The translations under genes were made by a program, and so were the position numbers. DNA of 64,000 nt from Felis catus (lineage: Eukaryota), in assembly GCF_018350175.1 (NCBI RefSeq), contig NC_058383.1, positions 744,001 to 808,000 on the forward strand. The letters run 5' to 3'. The notes under the pieces were generated by a model. That model saw only the letters and a list, made by a program, of their open reading frames with translations. It searched no databases and had not been told where the DNA came from. The first letter of the stretch is position 1; each line of letters begins with the position of its first letter. Positions 48,500 through 62,239 of this stretch are shown here, piece after piece.

Positions 48500-50200
48500 G
48501 TGCGGCCAGCTGGGCTGGCTGCTCCTGCGCACGCGCGGGCGCGGACCCCCGAACTCCCCTTCAGGGAGTGAGCTCCGGGGTGAGCGCCCATCCGCGGCCC
48601 TGCAGACGCGGCCTTAGCGCGCGGCTCGGAGCGGAGAGGCGAGTACTCGCTCCGGCCTTCCCGCCCGCCAGTCTGTCTCCCCTTCCGTAGAGGGGGGCGG
48701 AGGGTCGCTTCCGGCGCCGCCCGGACAGCGGGCAGAAGTGGACCGGGAGGCACGGGGCGGGGCGCCATTGCGGCCCCCAGCTCCGCGGGGCCGGGACGGG
48801 ACTAGGGAGTCGGGCGACCGTAGCGGCCCCCCTTCGCCGCGGCCGCGCTCCCGCCTCCGCTCTACGGCCCCCGCGACGTAACGCCCCTCCCGCCGTACGG
48901 CGCGGCGCCTTGAACCTCCGCCCACTTCTCCGCCTCGGGGACCCGGCCTCAGCTTCCGATAGGCCAGGCCCCTGGATAGGCCGCCTCCTCATTGACCGAG
49001 GAGCTTCAGGCGGCGCGCTCGAGATTGGTGGAAGTCCGTGTCGCTCCCGCCCCGCCTCCGGGCGCGGCGCGCGATTGGCTGGCGTCCGCAAGGTCTCCTC
49101 TCGGGATCGAGTCTGGGCGGCGCGGACCAGGCCCGGGGCGGCAGCAGAGGCGCCCGGCGGAGGTGGCTGTGGCGCGAGGCAGGTGAGCTCCTGGGTGGGG
49201 GTGGAGGGCCGGGGCCCGGCGAGGCCGGCTGCGGGCACAGGACTGGGGCCAAGGCGTCCCTCAACGCGGGCGGGAGCGGCGGGCAGGCGGCGACCGGCGC
49301 GGGCCGAGCCTCGGGCGCCGCCTGGGCGGCCAACGGCCGCCGCCCCCTCCTCAGCCCCGAGCGTCCCCGCACCTGGCCCGGGTTCGGAGCAGGCCTGGCC
49401 CGGGGCGTCCCCTCCGCCCGACGTCAGTGGCGTGCTGGGGTCCCGGCGGGGCGCTGGGGACGCGTGCGCGTCCGAAAGCCTCTGTCGCCGCCGCCCCCCG
49501 CCCGCCCCGGGTGCTCCCGCCCCCCGCCCCGGGTACACCCGGGCGACCCCCCCCCCCCACGTATCGTGGATCCCCGCTCCCGCCCACACACCTGGGCGAT
49601 CTGGCACCCTCGACCCCCCACACCCGTGCGCCCCCGACCCTCCTCACCCGCGTTGCCCCGACCCCAGCCCTCCCCCCACACACACACCCCCGGGCGCCCC
49701 CGTACCCCGCCTCCCCCCGCACCCGCCTCATTCGGGCGCCCCTTACCTCTGTCCCCCCTTTCACTCGTCCGGTTCCCGGCCTCGGGGTGCTCGGCCTCCC
49801 AGGAGTCCTGGGTTGGGTCGGGGGGGCCGCCCTGCGTGTCCGGCTCGGGACGCCCCCCTTTTCCTGCTCTGCGGCCCGCAGACAGAACGCACCTGTGCTG
49901 CCGGGCGGGGCCGTCACCCCACGTCGCAGTCGCGAGCCCCAGGCCCGGTCCCCGGTCCCCGGCCGCAGGGAACAACCGCCGGGGAGCCCGGTTGCTGCCG
50001 CGCTGCCGCTGTTGGTGGGCAGGGCTCCCCAGCGCCCCCCTCGCTCGGCTGCGTGCCCGGGCCCCTAACCCCACGTCGGAAAGGCTCGGCTCGGCTCGTG
50101 GGCGTTTTCTGAGCTTCCGGGGCTGCTGCCCAGGTGGGAGCTGCCCTGGGGCCTGGGTTTACAAGCCGTTTGTGCCCCCGGACGCCTCGGCCCAGAACCT
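48500..50200 (+). promoter_or_regulatory. SUN1: Large CpG-island promoter, most likely SUN1
   Basis: Very CpG-dense. Inverted CCAAT boxes at 49024 and 49074, GC box 49046-49056, ETS-like cttccgg near 48710, NRF1-like tgcgcacgcg near 48526. Identity inferred from mammalian DNAAF5-SUN1 synteny, not from coding sequence. Confidence 0.75.
49090..49182 (+). other. SUN1: Putative non-coding first exon of SUN1 (start approximate)
   Basis: Just downstream of the CCAAT boxes; ends at a strong donor GAGGCAG|gtgagc (49182/49183); no ATG. Confidence 0.65.
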
Positions 50201-50529
50201 TGGGTTTGGGTTTGTTTTCATCCATTTCGGTTTATACAGTTATTCCAAGTCGGGAAACTCATGATGCTTGGTTAGTTCTGGGGTATTTTCCCAGATTAGT
50301 TCCTCTGACAAGTTTCTCCTCTTTATCTTGTTTCAGTTTTCTTTTTTCTGTGTGTTTTAGAAATACTGTTACTTTGGCATTGGACCTCTTGGACCTTATT
50401 TCTACTCAGACATAAAATCTTTATCTTTCCCATTTTTTCCATTTTTGTCTTTCTGTTTCACCTTGTAGGCGATTTCCTCAATCTTCCCCTAACTCTTTTA
50501 TTTGGCATTTTATTTTGGCCACCATATTT

Positions 50530-50741
50530 AACATTTTTTTCAATGTTTTATTTATTTTTGAGGGAGGGAGAAAGAGTGCAAGTGGGGGGGGGGGGTGGAG
50601 AGGGAGACACAGAATCCGAAGCAGGATCCAGGCTCTGAGTTGTCAGCACAGAGCCGGTCGTGGGGCTCGAACCCACGAACGGCAGGATCGTGACCTGGGC
50701 CGAAGTCAGACGCCCAACCGACTGAGCCACCCAGGCGCCCC
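50530..50741 (-). mobile_element. Carnivore SINE
   Basis: TSD-like ttggcca(c/a)catattt on both sides. Confidence 0.9.
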
Positions 50742-51249
50742 TTGGCCAACATATTTTCAATTTCCCAGAGCTTTTTTCCTCTAAAACTTAGTGACACACT
50801 TACTTTGTAAATGTGGTAGCACCTCATCGTCTCCCTCTGTAACCTCAGCGTTTGCTCGCTTTGGTATATCTTGGCCGAAATGTTGGGTGATCCCGAAGAG
50901 AGTGGGGTCCCGCACGGTCCTTTGGAGGTTCTGTGCACCTGCTTTGGTCTTAGGGCTGTTGGCTGATAGCAGTTGGCTTTCGTATCTTTAGGTCCTTTTA
51001 ATGGGCTTTTTATATTCTCAAAGAAGGGCTTTCCAGCCTCTCGCCTTGTTTTCAAAGTTGGCCGGAAGAGTGTGGCTGTGGCCTCCCAAAACTAGTAAGG
51101 AAGTGCTCACTCCTTTCCCTCTTCAGGAAGACATCCTGGAACTTGAGTTTTCCTCTTACCCTCTGGTGTAGAGAACCCTTGGTTTTTATCCTCCGGTCTT
51201 TTTTACGGGAAGGTAGGAAGGGACTTGACGCCTGGTAGCTAACTGCTAC

Positions 51250-53300
51250 TTTTTTTTTTTTATTGTGGTAGGACGCTTAACACAGAATTTGCCACTTGAA
51301 TCTGTACAGCTCAGTGGCATTGAGCGCCGTGCACAGTCGTCACCACTGTCTAGTTTCACAGCTGCTTGTTCTGCATCCTCCGGGGGAGCCCCCAACCCGG
51401 TAGCAGGCACATCCCTGCAGCCAACTGCTTCCGAGCTCTGGCGTCTGCTAATCTGTTTTCTGCCTACGGACTTGTGTATTCCGGATTTTTTATATACGCG
51501 GGTCCATCCGATATGTGATCTTTTGTGTCTGCTTTTTTGCCCTTAGCATACATATTTCAAGGTTTATCCGTGTTGTATAATGTGTCAGTACTTCGTGCCT
51601 CTTTATGCCTGCATAATATTCCACAGCACGAATGTACCACGTTTCCCATCCATTCATCAGTGAGTGGACATTTGAGTTGTTTTCATTTCTTATTATGAAT
51701 GATGCTCCGGAGAATATTTGTACTCAAGTTTTTGTTTGAGTACTTGTTTTCAGTTTTCTGGGTATGTATCTAGGAGTGGAGTTGTTGGGTCATATGGTGG
51801 TTCTATTTAACGTGTAGAGGAACCACCAAACTGTTTTCCACAGTTGCTGCACCATTTTACATTGCCACCAACTCTGTGTAAGGGTTCCAGTCTCTCCATA
51901 TCCTCTCCTGACTTGTAATCTTCTGTTTTTGCTTTGTTCTGTTTGTAATGGTCTTCCTAGTGGAGGTGAAGTGGGGTCTCATTTTGATTTGCATTTACCT
52001 AATGACTGATGAGCGTCTATTCACGTGCTGGTTGGCCATTTGTGTATCTTCCTTGGGTAAATGTGTGTTCAGTTTCTTTGCCGATTCTTTATCTTTTCTG
52101 GACGAAGTCCAGTTCATCCATTGTTTTTTGTTGTTGCTTATGTGTTTGGTGTCATATCTAAGAAACCATTTCAAATCCACGATCATGAAGATTTACCCCT
52201 ATTTTTCACTTAAGAGTCTTAAAGTTTAAGGCATCTATGCCTTCCATTGATTTTGAGTAAATTTTTGTATGTGCTGTGAGGTGGGGGTCCAGCTTCATTC
52301 TTTTGCATGTGGATGTCCATTTGTCTTAGCATCACCGTTGAAAACTCTGTTCTTTGATTTGGTATCCTTGTAGAAAATCAGTTGACCATAAATGTATGGA
52401 TGTATTTTCTGGGCTCTCAATTCTGTGCTGTTAGTCTACATATCTATCCTTATGCAAGGAACAACACTGGTTTGTGGTGCATTTTGAGATCGGGAAGTGG
52501 GAGTCCTTCAACTTTGTTATTCATTTTCAAGATTGTTTTTGGCTATTTGGGGGTCCATTGCAGTTCCATATGAAGTTAAAGATTAATTTTACTGTATTTG
52601 CAAAACCAGACCGTTGGGGTTTGATAGAGATTGCATTGAATCTGTAGATCTCTTAGGAGTGTGTTTCTGTGTTTCAAAATACTAACTCTTCCAGTCTAGG
52701 AACAAGGAATGTCTTTCCATGTATTTTTCTTCCATTCAGCAGTGTTTTGTAATTTACAGCGTACCACTCTTGTACTTTTTTGGTCAAATTTATTTCTAAA
52801 TGTGTTGTTCTTTTTGATGCTGTTGTGAGAGGAATATTTTTCTTAATTTCATTTCCAGATCGCTCATTGTTAGTTTGTAGGAATACACTGATTTTTGTGT
52901 GTTGATTGTGTATCCTGCAACCTTGCTGAATTTGTTAGTTTTTATAGTTTTTTGTAAGTTTTTTAGGAGTTTCCATACATGAGACCATGTCATCTGTGAA
53001 TGGAGATAGCGTTGCTTCTTCCTTTTCAATTTGATGCCTTTTGTTTCTTGTTCTTGCCCGATTGCTCTGGCTGGAGCTCCAGGACAATGTTGAATAGCAG
53101 TGGTGGAAGCGGGCATCCCTGTCTTGTTGATCTTAGGGGAGAGCTTTCAGTCTTTTACCATAGAGTATAACGTTAGCGGTGGGTTTAAGTAAATGCATTT
53201 TATCAGGTTGGGGAAATTCCCTTCCGTTCCTGGTTTGTTGAACATTTTTATCATGAAAGAATGTTGCGTTTTGACAAGTGCTTTTCCGGCATGATCACGT
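51250..53300 (-). mobile_element. Old L1 (3' UTR plus ORF2 remnants), antisense in putative SUN1 intron 1
   Basis: ORF remnants KFSKVAGYTINTQKS, HSFMIKMFNKPGTEGNF, KEDTQMANQH. Confidence 0.85.
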
Positions 53301-53647
53301 GGTTTTGTCTGACTGCTTCTTAAACAGACTTCCAGCGTTTGATTCTTCCTGTATTTTTGGTTCTTTTCTACACACTCACTTGTAGACGTACGCAGGTGCC
53401 ACTGTCTTAACCATTTGGGGGTTCCATGGTGACAATCGCGTTCTTTCTCCATGTTCCTCATTGTAAGCTTATGATCCAGCTTTTTGTGGCATAGGTGTGT
53501 TTTCATTTATCCCTTTGCTTTCTAGTTTCCAGGTTCTTGCTATTAATTGTGTTCTCCTCCTTTGTTTTGCTCTGTGGATATATGCCTTTAGGAAGTATGC
53601 CTTTTTAGGAGGGGTGTGCCATCTTTGTTCAGTGCATCATTTAAAAC

Positions 53648-53735
53648 ATTTTTTTATTTTATATTTTGAGGAGAGAGAGCGTGTGTGTGCAAGCTGGGGA
53701 GAGTGCGTGTGTGCCCAATGAGCGATCTGGGCAGA

Positions 53736-53777
<42 letters not shown>

Positions 53778-53890
53778 CCCAAGCAGACTCCCCACTCCCA
53801 GCGTGGGGCTCAAGCCCACAACCCTGGGATCATGACCTGAGCCGAAATCAAGAGTCAGACATTCAACCAACCCAGCCACCCAGGTGCCCC
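53648..53890 (-). mobile_element. Carnivore SINE with (GA)n
   Basis: gagaatatcccaagcagactcc...agccacccaggtgcccc. Confidence 0.85.
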
Positions 53891-56800
53891 CCCCACCCCC
53901 CCAGTGCACCATTTTAAACTGGAAATTCTTGGGTGACCTATTTTCAGAGAAAGCTGGCATTTGATGGAGTGTCTGCTCATAACCATTGTTTTCTGGTCTG
54001 AATTTATGATGGTCAGATGGTCTCCAGATTCTGAAAATAGAGCCAGTTTGAATTTGCTAACCGTATAAATGCCAGACGACATTTTTGAGAGAAGTGACGG
54101 GGGATGAAAGTTGCATCTTTCAGCTTTGCAGCTCCTGTCCTCACCTAAATACTTCAGGGTGAGGCAAGAGCCCAGGGAATTGCAGTGACCATGAGGCCCA
54201 CTGCTGGTTCAGGTGCGGCGGTCTTGAGGACACCACAGGAAGGAGCGCCCACATCTGGGTTCACAGGGCGGGCAGGAACAAGACACTGATCGTGTCCCAG
54301 CAGGAGTGACGTGGGACCTGAGGTGCTGCTGCACCTCTCAGTGGAATAGCTGTGCCCATTCTCTGTCTTCCTCCCCTCGGAACTCACTGCTGTTAGGGCT
54401 GCTCGCCCCTCTGGATTTCGTGCGGAGGAGCGTAGACCTGCTGATGTGCGTGTGAAACCGGTTCACTTCCACTGGACCCAAATGAACAGGGTTGGCAGAG
54501 GGGAACTTCTGCTGCTTATGATGCGCTGTTTGTCATAATCGTATGTTGTAGTCGGTTCTACTTCATTAAGTAACTTGTGTGATTATTAGGCGGTCTTGCG
54601 GTTTGAATCACATCTGTAATTAACCATGCTTGTTATTTGGGCGTGTCGTCTTTGGTCTAGTCACACGGGCACTCAGTGATTGGTCACTGGTTGCAAATTT
54701 TCGTTGAAGAGGTAACTATGTGACAGATGCTTTCTGATGTTTGTGCAGAATGAAAGTGGGGGTCCCAGATGTAAGGAGTGGGGAGAACACTCAGTATAGA
54801 TCAGCGATTCCCAGCAGGGGGGAGAAGCCTCTCTGGGCACTTGAGTAGCTTCAGAACACAGCGGTGCTTTGCCTGGGGGCTTTTTTAGTCCTTGTCTTTA
54901 TTTTGTTTGATCTTCAATTAATGTTATTAGAAGATGTGAGCTATATCTAGAATATGGAAAACAGATCCGTTGGATGGTGTCTTCACTTGTTGCTTATGCT
55001 GCAAACCTTTTCACTACCAGAAGACCCTCATTTTTAGCCTGGTGCTTCACGGATGGGAGGACAGAGCATCAAAAGGGTCATTGAGAACTGTGTGCGTTAA
55101 GTGTTTACGTTCATGGCACAACTAAAATCCTATAATTGCTGTTGCCAATTACAGTTGGAAATAAAACAAAGCTGATACAGCTGTTTTGATCAGATGAGGA
55201 AACAGGAAAAGTGTTTTGAATGCATTGGGAAGAATGAGGTGGCCCAGGTATGCACGACCCTCCCTGTCCATGCACGTGTGTAGCTCTCGACCGTGGTTTT
55301 GCCAAGCACACTGATGAGCAGTGGAGAGACCACTGAGGGACTCGAGGATTTTCAGTCTAAAGGCACGCAGCAGTGAGTGCCCCACGGTGCAGACACCTAC
55401 GAAGGGTTCATTGGCTCAGAGTTCAGGGTTGAGGTGGAGGGAAAGACCCATTAATAGGTAGTTATTACAGTTTCTGTCAAGTGAGGGCTGCTGGGGAGCA
55501 CTAAAGCTAGCATCTAACTTGGACATGGGGGTTGGGAGCTCCAGGAGAGCTTTCTGGAGGCGGTGTCTCAGCTCTGAACTCCAAGGATGAGTAGAAGGTA
55601 GCCAGGAGCATTTGGGGTGGAAAGAGCCCAAGGGAATGAGGACGGGGAATCAGGAGGACATCCCAGACGAGGGAAGAGTGTAGGAACAGTGTGTAAATGG
55701 GATAAGGAGAGGAGGGTTGTCTTGAGTCCAGGCTTTCAGTGAGGCTGCCCTGTGGATTGCTGGCAGATGGAGAGGGGAAGTGGGGCGTCTGGGTGGAGGG
55801 TTCTGTGCATTCAGTCTCTTACGTCTTGTGTCTGGGTGCTAGGGAGCCATGGTGGCATGTGAAGGCAGTGAGGTGGTTGATCTTTTTGTAGACAGACCAT
55901 TCTGGCAGTATTCTGGCTTGAGGGGGCAGGTCTAGAGGGCGGAACTAGTCAGCAGTGCTTGCCGGAAGCCAGCAGGAGATGGCAAGCAGGGGGAGCAGGA
56001 CCGAAGAGGGGGTGAGCCACTGGAAGGAGAGAAGCAGGCTGGTGGGTGATCTGGACAGCCTGGATTTAGTTATGGCAGACCATCCTGATGGAAATGCTCA
56101 ACACAAAGTAAAGTTGGATGCTTGCCTGACTTAGATACAAAGGAATTACGGGTTAGGTAAATCAAGTCAGAGTACTAGAATCCGTAACAGACTCTTCGTG
56201 TGTTCTTGGGTTGGGGGAGGCCTTTCTGAGCCCGATGGACATGAGAGTCAGGGAAGGACTGACAGCACAGCCCAGGTCACCGTAGGCCAGTTCATTGGCA
56301 AATGGGGACGTCCCAGGCCTGTGTGACGCATATGGTTGACATCCTATAAAACAGTAAGAAAAAAGCAGACCTCCCAGTTGGGTCTTCCTCCCGTGTCACA
56401 GTGGCCGCACGCGGTCCGAGCTCCCAGTGGCGGCGCCATCGGGCGTGGTGGAGCCTGGGAAAGGACGCCCAGTTGTTGCTTGTGGAAGTGACGCCTCGGG
56501 CAGGCCTGCTAACTGTGTTGGTTGTAAGGGGGTGTGGTGACTTCCGGGTGTGAAGCAACACAGTAAAGCTATGTTGTCGGTGCCCTGAGGTCTCAGATGA
56601 AGGACTGTCTATGTTAACATGTACAGATAAGTGGCTTGACTTTGGGCTTTTGCTGAAACGTCATGATAATCCCAATGTGAGAGGAAGCTGGCTTGTTATT
56701 TAAAAAGAGCCCTTATCATCAAGAGCCCTTATCATCAGGAGATGTAAGGGGTGCAGAGAAGCAATCACCTTCTCTACAAGCCCAGAGCTGTGTTGACGAA

Positions 56801-57399
56801 AACAAACCCATCAGCCTAGTCTCTTCCTGTGTCTTACATTCCTCGCCAAGAGAAACTTGCCTTGGCTGAAAACTATCTCTCAGTGCAGACTTGTTGCTGC
56901 TGATGGCTTTTATGGAGTCCTTCTACCCTGTGCCAGTCAACACGAGCAGGCTCGGGGCCGTCACTAGTCCACTCCTCGGGTGACACTCCCATTTGATGGC
57001 ACCACTCAGGTGTAAGTGCACCGTCATTCCCCTTCGCTCTGGGGTCTCTCGGCTGAATTTCAGAGCCTGCTTCACAAATGAAGACCAGAAAAGCCTTTTT
57101 TTTTTTTTTTTTAATTGTACTTACTGGGTTAGTTGTTGAAATTACAAGACCAATACCTACTCTTTAAGAAAATTGTTGAGCAGAGCAGAAGAGTGTAAAT
57201 GAAACGTGGAAGTCCCATTTTCTATAATTTTACCATTAAGTTTAGTGGTGTCTTCTACAAGTTTAAAAAACATTGAAATACGCGCGTGTGTGTGTGTGGG
57301 TGTGGATATAGACAGTATGTACATACACATAACATTTAGCATTCTGTGAGGGCCTTTCAAGTATTTTTGTGTTAGTCGTTTGTATCTGATTCACTATTT

Positions 57400-57610
57400 T
57401 ATTTTTAACCTTTTTTTAGTTTTTAAATGTTTGTATTTGAGAGAGAGCACTAGTAAAGGAGGGGCAGAGAGAGAGGGAGACACAGAATCAGAAGGCTGAA
57501 GGCTCTGAACTGTCAGCACAGAGCCCTATAAGGGGCTCAAACTCACAAGCTGCGAGATCGTGACCTGAACCAAAGTCGGTTGCTTAACCTACTGAGCCAC
57601 CCAGGCGCCC
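57400..57610 (-). mobile_element. Carnivore SINE
   Basis: Body and head ending caggcgcccc; ctgattcact flanks. Confidence 0.88.
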
Positions 57611-58714
57611 CTGATTCACTGTTTTAAATACCCAGTTCATTTTTAGGATTCTGAGTTAGTATGAATTATAGTATTTCATAAACTAACATTGTTCTATTTC
57701 TTAAGATAAAAACAGATGAATGCCAATTTCTAACCCAAATTATGATTTTTTATACTTTTACTTAGACTGCATTATGCTTTTTTTTTTTTAATCTGTAGAC
57801 AGAAATAACTGGTGTTTTTATTAGTCTCTACATTATCTAATTTTAACAGGATTAAGATCTGAGCAGAACAGTTACATTAAGATTTAGTTCTAATTTTTAA
57901 AGACTCATTTTAGTTTGAAAAGCAATTCATATTTGCAGAGGACTTAACAAATGGAACACCCAGTTGCAGGGCAGCTGCCCTTTGAAAACAGAGCTCTGGG
58001 TGATTAAGGGCGGGTGAGGGTGGCGTTAGAACGCTTGTTAGGCGTGCATGCGCGTCCTGGGGCCACTGTGGGCCTGCCTTGTGCGGCAGGAGCCCTGTGC
58101 CGTCAGCACAGAACGTCCCTCTGGGACGGCTCTTGTGGCAGATGGCGGTGTCTGGAGCTGCGCCCAGAGCTGGGAGGAGAGTCTGTCACTGTCCCCTTTG
58201 ATTCCTGCTGTCCCCGTGGACAGGTCATGGACGAGAGCCGCCGGTTCTGACCTTTGCCTTGGGGAGAGGGCCGCTTTGCACAGGGATGATGAGGTGGACC
58301 CACGGCAGGTTGTTTCTGGGGATTTCCGGTTGGAAAGCTGCACTGGTCTGTTCCGCTTGGGCTCGTTGAGTCTCAATCCACTTGACCTGTCCATCTCTGT
58401 AGACAGTGCTTTATACACCGTTACCAACTGGGTGGTGCAGTTGTGGTCTGTAGGGTGAGAGGAGGTTCTTGTCTCCAGTTTTTCTTTAGAACGGATAGCG
58501 TTTCCTAACAAATTATTGTGTGCTGATATTTCAGAGATATTAGTTTTTTCTGTCTCTGGCTTTGCCTTTTGCTTGAAGCTCTGTTTTCAACCTTGTGTGA
58601 CTTGTAATTTTCATGATTTTTCAGGCATGTTTTCTGGATGGTTACTAGATTAGTATGGACATTCTAAATAGTAAAAATTCAAATTGTATGTGCTCATAGA
58701 ACTAAAATTCATTC

Positions 58715-59205
58715 TTTTTAACATATATGTATTTAAATATATATATACAAATATATTTTAGAGAAAAAGAGAGTGAAAGTGTGCGTGAGCAGGGTATCGG
58801 GCAGAGGGAAGGAGAGAGAATCCCAAGCAGGCTCCATGCTCCCGCTTCCGCAACCCTGGGATGGTGACCTGAACCAAAATCAGGAATGGGATGCTCGACA
58901 GACTGAGCCACCCAGGTGCCTCAAGTTCATTCTTGGTTAAAGCATTGAAGAACAAAAACTAAGCTATATGTTTTCATCTCTATCATATGATATCAATAGA
59001 ACCATATGTACTCAAGAGGCATTAAAGGAGAAGCATCGTATAACTTAAGAGTATCTTATATTTATTTATTGATTGATTGATTGATTGATTGGCTTCTTGC
59101 CCAGCGCAGAGCCCAGTGTGAGGCTCGAGGTCACAACCCTGAGATCAAGACCTCAGCTGAGATCAGGAGTCAGATACTTAACCGACTGAGCCACCCATGT
59201 GGCCC
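58715..59205 (-). mobile_element. Two carnivore SINEs (~58715-58921 and ~59060-59205)
   Basis: Both end in actgagccaccca-type heads. Confidence 0.78.
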
Positions 59206-60273
59206 TTAACGGTAAAAAAATTTTTTTTAATCTGATTTTAGAAGCCTGCTAAGAACTGCATGTTTATAAAGATACTCAGTTCCTTAGGTTTGTAGCCAAA
59301 GTTCAGCCTAAACAGAGGACCTGTCCTTTGCCTGTGTGTGCTGACTTGCATGCTGTCTTAGCCACTCGGCAACCAAGAGCAAGGGAGACACTTGGGGTGA
59401 TGTAGGGGCGTACTCCTTCCCGCTTGCCCAGGACGCTCTTGGCCCTCTGTCCCCTGAGCTTAGAAAGCTGCCCCTTCTGAAGAGGCTTCTCTTAGTAGGG
59501 CAGAGGAGGCCCCTCCTGCACTGTGGGGCTCTTACCCAAGCCCCCTCGTGCAAATCTGCCAGGCGGGACAGCCTGGGGGAGTCCTGCCCTGGGGCTCTGG
59601 CCCTGCAGATGGGGCCTGATAAGGCCCTATTAGTCAGCAAAGGACGCTTTGAGAAGGGAGCAGCCTGGAAGGGACTGGGGAAATGAGGGCAGTGGAGCCT
59701 GGACCGTGTCCCTCTTTGTAGCACATCTGTTTGCAAAATGTCGACCTCAAATTCTTTCCAGGGTTTTCTGATGTCATTGAAGACGTTTCCAGTCCGCTTT
59801 TTCACCTACTGTTCGTGTGATTTCCCTTGGGTCTCAGGCTGAGCCTGGTGGGGGCAGGGCTGCGGCACAGTAGGAAGATTAAGGTTACGTGTGGACTTGA
59901 CTTAGCGATGGAAATGGAAGCTGGGAACAGCATTTGGAAAATGCTTAGCACTTAGGTTTAGTTATCAGTGGGTCTAGTATCAGAATTGCTGCTTTGCTGT
60001 TACGCGTTCCTATCCGCTTCTGGGAGAGGGCTGGCCTCACCTCCGGGCTGGAGCTGTCCGAGCTGCCCGGTCGACTTTGTGTTTTATTTAGGCTGGGGGT
60101 TGAGTGCATCTTCCACCTCTAGAGTTGCTAACTGAAGAAAAACAATCTGGTTTTTAAAAGGTTTAAAATACAGGCCATCTAACTTTATTCTACAAAATAC
60201 TAAAGCTAGTATCTGAGTGTTTGTCATGGTCACTGCCTTACGTGCATTATTTCATTTAATCCTTTCTGCTTTA

Positions 60274-60479
60274 GGGGCGCCTGGGTGTCTCAGTCAGTTG
60301 GGCGTCCGACTTCGGTTCAGGTCATGATCTCACAGTTCGTGGCTTCGAGCGCCGCGTCGGGCTCTGTGCTGACAGCACAGAGCCTGGAGCCTGCTTTGGA
60401 TTCTGTGTCTCCCTCTCTCTCTGACCCAACCCCATTTGTGCACTCGCGCGCTCTCTCTCTCAAAAATAAAAAAAATTAA
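60274..60479 (+). mobile_element. Carnivore SINE
   Basis: ggggcgcctgggtgtctcagtc...aaaaataaa; aatcctttc flanks. Confidence 0.9.
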
Positions 60480-62239
60480 AATCCTTTCCACTTGATTTCA
60501 TTTTCATTCTGTAATTATTTTTAATGCTCACATTTAATGAAGGGAACTGAGGAATAATTTCAGTGTTCTGAAGCCATCGTACGATCTGTTTGAGAGGGAG
60601 GGAAAGAAGGAAAGAGTGGGGTCGATGGAGGGAAGGACCCAGATAAGTCTAGTAACATTAACCATCACCTCCAGTAGTTCTGTTCTGCAGTGAGCTTGGG
60701 AGAGGGCCGGAATCACCCCCCCCCCCCCCCGAGACTGACCAGTGCTGCCTCCTCGCACGTTCTGCTGTGCAGGAGTTTGACCCTCGTGTGCTTCTCCAGG
60801 GAGAAGTGGTTTTCTGGGCTGTGGAGTAAGCAGTGGCAAAAACACCTCCCTGGGCCACGGGTCTGATTAAGCCGGGGCCAGATACTGTGTAGAGTTTTAG
60901 ACTTAGGTGCATCTCACTGAAAAGCATGAGGTGAAATTCACGTGATTATAGGAGTGGGTGGGAAAAGGTCCCACTTAGTGGTGAGCGACCACACCCTCAC
61001 CCTCGTGCGGTCGTAGCCGTAGCCGGTGAGCCGTGAGCATCCTGGTGTGTCCTCCACCGTCCCCTCCTGTCTTTGCTCCAGAGCCAGGCTGCCGGCTGTT
61101 CCTAGAGCCTGGCGTCTGTCCACACTGGCACCCTCTTGAGGGTGTCGTGTTCGGGCATTTTGTTACGTTTGTATCTCCTCTCATCAGACGTTTCACCCAG
61201 AGTCAGCCAGCGGGTCTGCTGCTCCCCAGGTTCCCTGTCCCCTTTCTCACCTGTCGGATTTTTGACACCCTCTGCTGGAATCCTGTCATTCCTAGGATTC
61301 CTGCCACAGGCAGTAGCTGTGCGTGGTTCTGGGCTTGAAATTATTTCAGCGACAAGAAATTAAATTTATTTGCAAGTTGTGTCACAAGGCCTACGTTAAA
61401 CCTGGCTACAGGTGGGATGGCTCTCAGCTTTGTCGTCGGGCTCGTCGAGTGGTTCAAAGTGGTGGTAGCTGGTCGTCCACCCCTGTTAGCTTCTGAAAAC
61501 ACCATTTGTCGCGCATTAGAAATTAGTGTAGTTCTTGTAGTGGGGTAAAAATGTGAGAACATGTAAATGTAACTTTTCAAGTAAGGCTGTGAGTTCTTGC
61601 CTATGCCCTCGCCAGGGCCCGGAACTGCCGCCTCTGTGCTGAGTCACAGGCTGGAGCCCCTTCGGCCCTCAGTGGCCTTGTCAGGGGGAGAGCCGCCCCT
61701 GCTCCACGCTTGGAGCCTCCCACGTGTCAGCCGCCAGCCACCGCAGTCAGCCAGTGGGGCCGAGCCCGAGCTGGGACCGAGCCCAGATCTGCAGGCCTCC
61801 GCCCCTGTTCTCAGCTGGATGCTCTCATGTCTGTGCGTCCTGATCTCTGAGGTGACTGTTCAAGTACTTGCCTGGGGCGGGGGGGGCGTCTGCCGTTCGT
61901 GTTTGTCACACTGATTTCTGTAAACTCCGGGGAAACGTAAACCAACCCAAGACTCCGTTCACTGAGGATGTATCAAATACCAACTGTAGCACAGTTGGTG
62001 GAAATTAATGATGATGGTAACTTGACACTGAGGTTTAATAATGTCAGTAGAGCAGGTATTGGAGAATGTTAGGGTGAAAGGTCACTGGGAATGAAGTTGG
62101 AAAGTTTGGGTTTTGTTAATCATTGAGTAAGAGGGAATAAAAAAGTTAGTCCGTTTCCACCCTGGAGAGTGAGAACAACTATGGGGTATTTATATAAGCC
62201 TTTCATGGTTGCTTAGTAAGTTCCTGGTAAAGTTGGGGT

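Noticed and set aside
48561..50264. Long overlapping ORFs (348-408 aa) on both strands
   Set aside because: They lie in the CpG island, are Pro/Arg/Gly/Ala low-complexity, are open in several frames at once and resemble no protein; a GC-content artefact.
56705..56736. Perfect 16-bp tandem duplication aagagcccttatcatc
   Set aside because: Ordinary slippage duplication; at most an indel marker.
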